Source: Trichoplax sp. H2
Taxonomy: Eukaryota
DNA length: 64,000 bases
Direction of reading: 5' to 3'
Assembly: GCA_003344405.1 (NCBI GenBank)
Contig: NOWV01000267.1
Span: 1-64,000 of the forward strand
The stretch's first letter is position 1. Every line of letters starts with the position of its first letter. Shown here piece by piece: positions 48,801 through 59,722 of the stretch. The notes under the pieces were generated by a model. The model had not been told where the DNA came from. It did not search any database and was given only the letters and a program-made list of their open reading frames with translations. A program made the position numbers and the translations under genes.

Positions 48801-50959
48801 TGAATTGGAAGATTATTACGGTAATTTCTATCAGCATGATGCAGAAAAGCAAGAATGGGATAAATAGGTAGAGAATCGATGATGGCAAAGTTTCAATAAA
48901 AAAAATAAAAACATTTAACAATCCATTGAAAAGAAAATAACTTTTAAACACGTCAAGTTCAATAGATGAGCAAGATAGGCTATAATATTACCGAACAATT
49001 TATCATTCTTACCTCTTCATGAAGGCTTAGTAATTGGCTATATCGAACGGATGAATGATAGACTCCGTTAGAGTAGATATTATAGGCCTAGGGAATAGAG
49101 AAGATAGAATAGAATAATGAACTGATTGGATGCATTGCAGTTAAATGGACTTAAAACATTGTTTTAGTCAGTTATGGAAGTCAATATTAAAGATGAGATT
49201 TTATTGATTTCGAAGTAGAACAATTCGTGGGTAAACAAGCAGCGGAATGAACAAAGACTGACGGAATAATCGTCATATGGAAGAGAGCGCAGTAAGAAGG
49301 GGAAAAATCCACTTGATCAACGTGTTTTGTCGAATTAAAATGGAGATCCAATTCTAGCTAGTATTAAACTATCTTGACTAAATAGGCTAGAGAAGTAATA
49401 GTATTGTAACTGTCATGGAGTTGACAAAAAACAAAATAGAGAAAGAAGAGCTTGCACGGAAAATAATGATAGCTATTTCTAATTGTCTGGATAGGTTTAC
49501 ACGCCTTTTTCGCCAAACGTAGTGTATGATTAGCTAAACTATAGCTTATTTTATGATTTCTTCAACATCTCTTGTTTGAACCAAGTAATGGTAGAATAAA
49601 ATAAAAAAATAAAAGAGTAAAATGCATCGATGTTCATTCTATTCAATGGTGGGTAAATTGGGTTATTTCTTTATGGTCTAGGGTGGATTATTTTCCACAT
49701 CGATATCAAAATGATCGTTAAAACGATTTTACGATACTAGTATCCCAATTTTGGGGGGCATTCATAACGATGAGAGAGGGTGAAAGAAATTGTTTGCCAG
49801 GGCTAAGATTTGTATGCCAATGAAATTAAGCTTATTTCTTGGTCATTTGATCCCATGTGGTCAAATTTATCACGTAAGCAGTATGTGCAAAAACTTGTCA
49901 TTAATCTTCAAATGCTAATCGTTTTTGACAGCTTCTTGTCACAACAGGGAGGTGTTTGATAGAGAAGAAGCCATAACGTAAGAAGAATCAAGCCTTTTGT
50001 GTATTACATGGCCAATTTATTTTACTCATGGCCATAGTTGAGATGAAATCGTGACTTTACTTGAAAGTTTAGGTTTTAAATTGAATCGATGCGAATCTTT
50101 CTTCTTCCTCTTCTATTACCGGAAAGACAAACACGACGTCTATAAAATTGGCCTTGATCGAAAACTTCCTACGCGATGATTCTTACATAGATCAATAGTC
50201 AGAAGAGTGGGGGAATGGTAGGATACACATTATGGATACTTTCAAAGTTTATGCTAGTACTACTCAGATCATAGGGGAACACTTGGTTACCATTTCTCCT
50301 GTAAGTTTAGATTAACTCCTTCAGAATAAAAATATTTAGACCAGAAAAATTATTGGATGGTATAATGATCTCCATTTAAAGTCGGAATGAATATCTTGTT
50401 CATGGTGACAGCCATTCCTTTTTCATTTGTTAATAGTCTAACTTTACTGTCGATCGCTCCACTAAATAATCATGTCAAGGATCAGCGTCTACGAATGGAG
50501 GGAGTTGCGAGAAATAATTTAAATCTCATACCAATAGCAATATTAGCCAGATGAGTCTTTGCCATTTCCGCCATGGATGACACATCTATTTCTTCATCTC
50601 TTGAATTGTCAAATGCTTCAAGGCAATCCAGACTGTATTTTGAGCCTGTCATTAATAATGGTATAGTGCTTCAACTGGCCTAGTTTACAGTTTTGGATAA
50701 CTTGATTATTTTACGAGAGGGTTGGATGAGAAATAAGATCAAAGTAAAAGGGAGGTGTTGAATTGATCTTTACCCTATAGTCTTGCTCAAGTGGTTGTCA
50801 TTTTAAGTGGAATTAAGGAATAGCTTTATCACCCTCTATTCTTATCTATCCTAAACTCTATTCTAATCCAAATAAGCAAGATATTAAGAAAAAACTTACC
50901 GTATAATTTTTGCCATCTTTATCCTTAAGGGTTTTGATATCAGGCACAGTAAAATACAT
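36841..50959 (-). CDS. SNX17: Sorting nexin 17 (PX + FERM-like), about 16 coding exons
   Basis: Exon 1 MYFTVPDIKTLKDKDGKNYT (50959-50900); exon 2 AYNIYSNGVYHSSVRYSQLLSLHEE (49087-49013); LKKKYGFKVVGQFPPKKLFTLSAAQTDQRREQLEKYLQ; VRKLQNFESPY; YWSTKYDDLLMETEIGLNLLHLQ; YGYIVFEMCTCDYPK; GSFKLTRMKCWK; LSFEYLMSKEKLQWISIASSQ|AIFMSMCL; C-terminus NEIFEDVNVIGDDDL*. Confidence 0.93.
42421..42646. repeat. ~59-bp tandem repeat, 4 copies, in a SNX17 intron
   Basis: C(A/T)GTC..AAATCAGATAG(C/T)AT..GTAGATATAGCTCAAATCAG units start at about 42421, 42480, 42538 and 42597. Confidence 0.85.
43230..44400. repeat. Degenerate ~80-90-bp tandem array (about a dozen copies) in SNX17 intron 2
   Basis: Recurrent ATTGAAAAAGATGAATATGATCGAAAATGCTCTACTACTGTAGAAAT..GATTTATCATTTATTT variants; copy number is estimated by eye. 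Confidence 0.75.
45456..45793. repeat. ~115-bp degenerate tandem repeat, 3 copies
   Basis: AGG(T/C)A(C/T)GTA..CAT..GTTCTA..AAATA(G/A)CATTCT..CTTTTA(C/T)T(A/G)CTGCTATG(A/G)AAT occurs three times. Confidence 0.7.
46806..47200. repeat. ~200-bp tandem duplication in SNX17 intron 2
   Basis: ATCCAATG(G/A)AACTGTATTT..TAGACATCAATGTTGCATTCCA..GAGTACGGTATA..CCAAACCGTC..AGTATATTTTGAAAATAGACATTAAT at 46806 and 47007. Confidence 0.85.
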
Positions 50960-52294
50960 AATGACAGAAAAATGGCCAACTGACTTACTGGATAGAAAGG
51001 ATGGGAAAGAAGGAGCAAATTAGACAAATTGAACTGTCAAAAAGAATATTGGGGAAAAATTGTTTATCTTGGCTGTGTTGTAGGAATTTTTAAGCTAATG
51101 TTGCCTGCATGCTATCGCTGTGGAAGTGTAAGTAAAATGTTGGAGGGACACTAACTACAGCTAGCAATACAAGTGTAGGCGCTCTACCTCATTCTAGTTA
51201 GCAAAATCATTTATTATTCTTTTATTAATTATTCGTATTATAATAATTTAAATGTTTCCTCTGACCTAATCAACAATAAAAACATACAACTATACAAATG
51301 ATAATTGTACGACATTGATGCTTTGTTTACATTTCTTGGGCAATGATGGATAAAAATGAATATCTCAAGAAACTTGTTAACGCAATAAATTGAATTCATT
51401 AATTGGCGCTAATCCATGGATAGGACTACGGGTAGTAGTTCATCTTTAGTCAGTTATACTTAAAAAGATAGAATCGATGGGGTCGATGATAAACTTGTCG
51501 TGACAGCAATTTCAGGGATATTATAGTAGTGAATTCTAATTTGAGGTAATAATCCAGGGGACAAGTTTCCAAAGTTTCCTTTTATTCCATTTAAGAGTCT
51601 TCTTTAGTTATATAATAATAGGAGCAAAAGAGAGGGAAGGAAAGTCTTTCCTAGCAATACGGTGAATAGAACTGATGATTGCTGTGATCAATATATTTCT
51701 ACGAAAGGATGGCATGGGTAGAATATAAAATAGTTATGACAAACTATTGCAGTTACGTAATAGAAGTACACAAAATGGTGATTGCTTCCAATTTGAGATA
51801 CTCAGAAAGCAACTTCATTGATCTAGTTAAGCATATATGGTATGAATACAATTTACCTCTCAAACAGTATGCAGAACACATCTTTCATATTGATTATGTG
51901 TAAGTATATCATAATCTGCGGTATATAATGAGGTAGGCCATTTTACGCTATAGTGCGGCATCTTCATTAATAGTGATAGCACTATATTTCTCAATAACTT
52001 GATTAATACGAGTACTATTTAGCTCTCAACAATATGTTAAACACATATCTTTTATATTGGTTTGGTGTAAGTACATCATAATTTGCGGTATACAATGCCA
52101 TGTTAGGCGATGTTAGGCTAAAATGCGGTACCTTAATATAGTGGTAGCACAACATTTTCGTTACAAAATAAATAATAGATTTAAATATAGATGTATCGTT
52201 CTTAGTCGTACTATCCCTTGTACACATGAAATAGACGTATGTAGAGATTTGAATCCACTATAATTACTGTATAGAAGGGGGGGGTGATATTTGC

Positions 52295-53710
52295 AAGTAG
52301 CTGGTTTGAATAGCTACCTTATTTTCTCTTAATAGTCTTAATGAAAATGTTATTATTATTATTAATAGATAGAGAACGCGGATGTATACCTGTAGATCAG
52401 CTAGGTAGAGAGAGAAAAACATTAACTATAAATACGGTAAATAAACAGATAGGCTTAATGATTGTTGTTATAGGTTATTTTCTGCTGGAGGGGAATGGTT
52501 GTATGAATAGATGATAAAATTGTCATTTCAAAACAATTTCTGATTCTACGTTTTAATTATAAATTAAATAAATATAGAGATAGAAATATTATAATTAGCT
52601 ATAGTATTACTAGTATGCGTGAATTATGGAGATTATAATCAACTTTAATCACTACGCGTAAGGACGGTGAATTTTAATTAGAGGGAATTCATGGAAGTAA
52701 CAGGTTCGTAAAGCTACATTCTATTCTCTTAACAGTCTTAATGGGGCAATATTATTATTTATAGATAATGCCATCTTAGGCTATAGTGAGCTATCTTCAT
52801 TATAAAATAAGTATAGATATAAATCTATCGTAATTAGTTATTCTACAGCTAGTATGCATGAATTATATGTATGGATCTAAATAATGGCTACACATAAGGA
52901 CAATAAATTTATTTAGAAGGAATTTATGAAAGTAACAGGCTTGAAAAGCTACGTTCTACTCTCTTAAGAGTCTTAATGGATATTATTATTTATAATAGAT
53001 AGAAAACGAAGATGTATACTGCGGATCAGCTAGGTAGAGAGAAAGGAACATTGACTATGAATACGGCAAATAAGCAGATAGGATTGATGATTGTTGCAGT
53101 AATCTAGTTGCTGCTAATAAGGAATGATTACACGGTAGATGATAAACTTGTCATTGCAAAACTATTTTAATTACGTAACAAGCGTAGTAGATTTAATTAG
53201 ATAAAGTTCATGGAAATCACAAGTTCGCAGAGCTGCATAATATTTCCTTTAATAGCACAATACGATTTGTAGATAGAGAGCGGTATTGCATAGATCAATC
53301 AAGTAGAGAGATAGAAAGTATTTACTATGAATACGTTTAACAGATGGACAGAATGGATAATTGTTTGTAGTAGGCTGGTTTTCAGTTAATTCTTCTAACC
53401 GAGGATGATTTGATAGGCAGATGACAAAGTTATAATTGTAGGACTAATGTCTTTTAGACGAATAAGGACGGCGGATTTTAATTAGAGGCAACTCAAAATG
53501 GTAGCAAGTTTGAAAAGTTACATAATCATTTAAAAAATTTAATGAACAATATTATTAATAGTTAGAGACTATCCTGATAAAGAGATGGAAAGTATTCACT
53601 AACAATAAAAATAATAATTATAACTGAATGGAATTGACGATTATTTGTAGAAGGTTAGTTTTCGAACAAGTCTGCTAAAGGAGAATGATTGCATGGGTAG
53701 AGGACAAAAG
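52295..53710. repeat. Degenerate ~240-400-bp tandem repeat, about 5 copies, upstream of the SNX17 ATG
   Basis: AAGTAACAGG..AAAGCTAC..CTCTTAA.AGTCTTAATG..GATCAGCTAGGTAGAGAGA..ACTATGAATACG..AGATGATAAA variants start near 52295, 52695, 52930, 53214 and 53499. Confidence 0.75.
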
Positions 53711-55024
53711 TCATGATAGGAGATGCAAGTAACAGATTATTCGATATCTTGCTATCCTTTTATATTGTATTATTTTTCCACATCAGTCTTACATGTATTC
53801 GATTGAAACTGTATTACGCTATCAACGCATATTCCAATAAAGCTTTGTTTTTCATTCCATATAGAATATATAACAAACTCACTTATTGTAGTTGTAAAAG
53901 ATGGCAAAGACTAATAAATACTTTGCTGATCGTTGATCAATATATTGAGTATTCCTTCGTTCATGACATTAATATATATGATTAGAGTAAAGACTACCGG
54001 CAGGTAATTTAATACCTAGCTATCAGTCTATGTATGTCACTATACTTGAATCTTATCATCTTTTTTTCATGCAATAGATTGAATTTATGCCCTGCTAACA
54101 ATGAGCATTCCGGCAATTATCTAAGGTTTAGTTAGTCAAATGAGAGTAATTCAATTCCCAATTTTTAGATCTTTAGATGGAGAGCTGACTATTATATGAC
54201 CTCTTTCTCTTCGGTGATATAATAAAGTATGAAATGTGGACTACCCCCAGCTATGCAAATGTACGTGCATAGCTTAAATAGTTTAGAATGTAGGCCTTTA
54301 GACGCAAAGTCTAGCTATTGCAAAAATGTACTAGCTTGTATAAATAAAAAATAGGATTAATTAAATATTGGATCACCATTAATATATTCAGAATACTAGT
54401 GCTATGTGTTTAGAAAGATTACTTAGATGAATGTCTTAAACATGGTATTAGAGTGCAGACTATATAAAAGAAATCGCATGATAGTATAAAGTATCTCATT
54501 TTTAACTTGGATACTAGTATTTACAATAATAACACGCTAACACAAGATTATCGAAGTATTTAGATCAAATTAAAAGGCTAACTGTTGGACTAGAAATAAA
54601 ATAATATTCCAGCTGTGTAAGTGTCTACATTAAATCCATTAGCATCTATGAAATAGGCTAATAATTATGTGAATTCCATTAAAATTCATTATTAAAATAA
54701 GAATCATTTTAACATTAGAATATTTGTCTTCCTGAAATCATCTTTCAAAATAGACAATTCGTCTAGAATCATGAAGGGATTGATATGTTTCATCATAGGT
54801 ATTTGTTGGCTTGTCAATAAAATTTTAAATCAATTTTATAGGCAGCATCTACTACTTTTAACTAAATCAGCTACTTTTTAAATATTATTCTCTGCACGAA
54901 TCTATGTTGATTAAAGACACTACATTGCTATAAAATACTAATAAGTTACGGAATAAACTGTTTGTGATACTTTTAAAATGGCATTTAAGTAAGCAACTAT
55001 CGGAAATCATCAATTTATACTTAC

Positions 55025-55200
55025 GTCGGCAAGGAACTAGATCGCGTTGTCGATAAAATACAAATTGATTTAACGTTAGAATATTGATATTGTTGCCGAT
55101 GTCGTAGTAGCCGTAGTTAAAGTAAGCAACTCACGACTAAGTATTTCTGTTTGTTGGAAGCACTTGTGATAGGCTTGACAATAAAGCAGTTCAATACTAG
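55025..55200 (-). other. Putative non-coding 5' exon of SNX17
   Basis: A strong pyrimidine-rich acceptor (..CCTTCTTTCCCATCCTTTCTATCCAG) lies ~30 nt upstream of the SNX17 ATG (exon start 50987). A canonical GTAAGT donor at 55024-55019 follows a CpG-richer stretch. The 5' limit is uncertain. Confidence 0.4.
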
Positions 55201-58200
55201 AAATGAATATTGCTTTTTGATATCATACGCGTATGTAAAATAAGCAACATTTCAAGGATCATTACTTTATGCTATCCTGCTGAGTGTGAATTATGACATA
55301 ACCTGTCTGCGGATCATTATTCTATCGTAATACAAGATAACTCAGTCGAAGATACGTCCTACTGGAAATTAACAATAAATTAATTAAAATCCGAGTATAA
55401 GAGGGTAAAGTTCGCCAATGATTAAAGGATAAGACGTCGCCTTTGTCCTCTACTAGAATAGAACGTAAATTAGCCGCCGCCGTTACTCGGATAATACTTT
55501 CTCATAGCACTTTAGTTTGATTAAGCAAAAGTTGAGCAATAGCTAGGATTGCATTGAATTCAATATCAGAAAATTTACAATTAGCATGAATTAGAAATAG
55601 AATTTATGGACAATAATGTATATTCTTTTCATTAGCTACGCCCAGTTATTCAAATCGAATAGATCTACTGTATACCAGCTAGTTACCTCTTGTAATAAAT
55701 TGTATACTTGTACTGCTTTGTACCTGGCACAATTTTACTCGCTCTCTGTTCACTACTTTTGATATTTAAAATATTATACAAGCAAATCGACTAAGGTGAA
55801 AATCTGCTACGTTAATCGAAAGATTAATGTGTTAAGTAATCATGCTTCAGTCAGGACTGGGTATGTTATAAAGGTTGGCAATTTGAAAATGGGTAAAATA
55901 ACATGTAGTTTTTACCATTCACATTGTCATAATCCTAATACTGTAGAATAAATTAAGTGTTTCATGGCATATTGGATCAAAATGGGACTAGGCTATCAAA
56001 TTTATCTAATTTATATGTTGGTATGGCCTACCCTGGATAGTTTAGGTACGTAACAATTAATGACAGATATTCCGCTCCAAATCAAAAGTTAATATCCATA
56101 TTGATAGCTAAGTTTGCACTGACTATCATCATAGACGAGAATGTCAATGGCTTATAAACAGAGGAAGTACTCATCAAATTATGCTGTTACTTACAGAAAA
56201 AATAGGATTTAAATTTGTGCGATCTGGATTGATGATATTGATTCATAAGATAGAATCAGAAAAGGTATAAGCAAAAATTATCGAGGCAACATAACACTAG
56301 ATAATAATAAGCAACGTATTAGAATTTAAATTTAACCTTTATCGTTACTTTTATCCTTATAAACTTAATTCCAAGTCTTGGGCAAAAAGGAATGCTGTAA
56401 AAGAAACTAGAGGCGAGATTTTTAAAATAAAGGATCTTAACTACTCTTGACTTTATATTTATATATCTAAATGTGTTAACTGGAATAATTAACTAAGACT
56501 GAATGATTCAATAGGTAGAAAATAATAGACATAAACTGTGTTCAAATTTTAGCCAAGGATACTTTCCTAAATAGATTAAATAGTAAATAAATTTTCCATA
56601 ACAAAAAATAGAACAAGTAGAGATGAAAGCTGAAAATTTTCTCATCGATCTCTTTAAGCAATGAAATTTTTCGAGAAAGCAGTTGATATTTTTTTGCTTT
56701 TGAAATACAATATGCAATAATATATCAAATATAATGTTGTGATTGTCTTATAGTACAGTGAATAGATAAAAATTTGCACAGAAACAGAGATGAAATTATT
56801 GCTCTGATACGCAATTAATTGAAAGTATCTGATTTCTTATATGATTAATAAAACAGATTTATGTAGATTTTGATCGGTAGATTGTTTCTATTCGATTATA
56901 GAATACTTTATATTCAATTATGAGGGCAATATTTAAGTTTCTGCTACTGCAACAATGAAAATTACCAACAATATCTGAATTATCAGCAAATCATACGCAT
57001 TAATAATGATAGCTAAACATCTTCACGATGGAGTCTGATGCTAAATTTTACGATAAATGATTACATTTGTAGACACCTTGTCCAAGGGCATTCGATTAGC
57101 GGTAGAACGATATCTAAAAGCATATCGAAATTATTTTAATAGAGATATCCATATTATTAATAATCATTTACTATGGAGTAGATATTTATTAAATAGAAAT
57201 AATTTTACCCTCACCAATACTTCAATGCACATAACCATAGGATTTTCTATCCAAAAAGTAGTCGAATATGGTATTAATTTCAGCTCTTTTTCATATCTTT
57301 TTTAAATTTACCTATAGCAAGTTGTATATTATCTCATTATAGATAGCAGAAATAATAAAAATTAATATAATAATCACTCTAGACTGCATTAATGAGTTGG
57401 AAACTTCATGTACAGATCCGCCTATTCCGATAAAAATCTCGATTTGTTTGCATAAGTTTGTTATATTTATTTAAGCGATTATAGAGATAAGATTATTGGC
57501 TGGTTGCCGAGATAAACTCTTTCCAGTCTCGGGCTAATTACAGTCCGGTTGAATATTACTAAAGTTCAGCCAAACAATAGATTATTCTGGCTGGCAAGTT
57601 GTTGCAAATTCAATCTGTGATATAGCGTAATCTCTGCGAGTTTATAGTGCAAATAAATCGTCTGATGACTTTCTGCTAAAATTAATATTTGTGATGATAT
57701 TTAATAAGCATGATGCAATAGCGTTTCTAAATACGTATATCAGTATTATGGCCTCTGGTTATCGCATTTATATTTTTGAGATTATCTAGCTGATATCATT
57801 ATTGACTGATAGTCTGGATGCAGTATTTATTTGAAGTTTTCTTTCTGATTACTAAGTGGCGAAGGAAACACGACACTTCAGAAATTCTTTTAGCTAACTA
57901 ATTATTCATCATGAGAAAGTCTAAACACGGCTTTGAAGCATAAATTTAGTTAGAACGAAGTCGTGAACTGTTAGTAATTATTAGTCTGATTATGAGCCAG
58001 AAGTTTACTATTTGATCATTTTAGTATAAATTTCTATACTTATGTAGTTCATCATTTAAAACTACTTAGGTGTATTTGATGAATTTATACTAATATTTAA
58101 AGGAAACTCTCGGGTCAATTGACGGTAAAAAATGAGACAAAATTTACTTTTTATAAAGTATTTGGCTGAACCAGCGTATCATGCTTTTCTAACAAGACTG

Positions 58201-59722
58201 TTGCTCTTATTATACTCAGTAGGCAGTTATGTCACTTTGTATAAATTTCAGCCCATAATGCTTTGTTTGTAATTAAAAAAATTGCTTCGCTTATGCTAGC
58301 CGCCGTGTCAAACCTTGTACTACATTACGTTTATATCTGATCTTAAGATTAACAACAAAGCAATCTTAAAAGCTGATATCTACAATTATTTTCGATTAGT
58401 TCTATACATTGACTTTATTAGCGATAAAGTAATTTAATGTTTATAAATATAAAATAGCGCATTGTAGTGTACGGGTTATTAGCCCTAGGTTCGTAATCCT
58501 TCAACTCTAAATTCTGAATTGTTAAAATGGATCAAATCCCTAATAGGACACAAAATAGTCAACACCGTATAATTGACTTATAACAGTTAAGTTTATTAAC
58601 GTCCGTGCGTCGTCCGTCAGAGAAGAATTCCAATTTCTTCCCCTCATAATAACAGTCGAAAGTGGCTAAGATAAACCGGATAATAGACTTAGCCTCCACG
58701 ATAACAATTCTATACAACTTATACAAATTATCGTCAATTGCTCGTCTACAGTACATAGGAGTCATCAATCACATTAGTACATTGCTTAATAGCATTACTT
58801 AATATGGCAATCAACTACGGCCTTATATAGGACATACTTAATTAAGACATACAGTTCTACACAACATGCTATCATTGTAATGCCTACACAAAACTACTGT
58901 AATTAGCTGAAATCACTACACGCATATTGGAATATCCTGGAAAGGGTGCTGGTGTACCTACTCTAACAGGTCTTCCAGTTAATGTGGCTTTACCATAAGA
59001 CATGTGTGGCAAGTCACGGGAGGCACGCACCTAGAGGATAAACTTGTAGCTTGTAACTAACTTATTATTACTAAGACTCGGTATTTATGGTTTTAGGTTT
59101 TAACATTGTACATAATTACATTTTTACTTATACTTCACAATTAAGTATCGGTTCTCTCTTACATACATATTTACACTCAATTCTTACTGTGAACATATGT
59201 GAATTTCTACTTTAGTTGTTAGGTTGATGAAAAAGACTGTTCAAAAGCTTTCTGTTGGATTGAGTGCGATAAGATTACTTTAGCATACAGTGAAGTAATG
59301 GATAAGTCGAATTTCTCGCAATATTGAATTCCTAATCTTGGAATAGTCCATTATCTCAGATATTAAAGGATAAGATAAGAAGTCGCCTCTGATGCTGTGT
59401 TATATAACCAATTGTGAATAAACGATGTTATTTCCTTATGACTGATTGTTCGTTTATTTCGTAATATAATATCATACATACCAGTAATTAAGTTCGTATA
59501 GTATGTAATCAAGATTACAGTAATTTTCTTGTCATCAAATCTACTGCATAGAAATGTCAGGAGCTTCATTCATTCTAAAATTATTCCGTTATCGCTGTGT
59601 AACATACAATGTTGATTTTATAATGCATCCATGCTTTATAAAAGTCGATTACGCAATATGAATACTGTACAATACTGTTCACAGCATGTAAATGTTAGTA
59701 CTACCATTCAATAATATATCTC

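Noticed and set aside
57500..57600. Cluster of short hairpins (CCGAGA..TCTCGG; GGTTGAA..TTCAGCC) as an ncRNA
   Set aside because: Stems are short and partly mutually exclusive, with no recognisable RNA-family motif.
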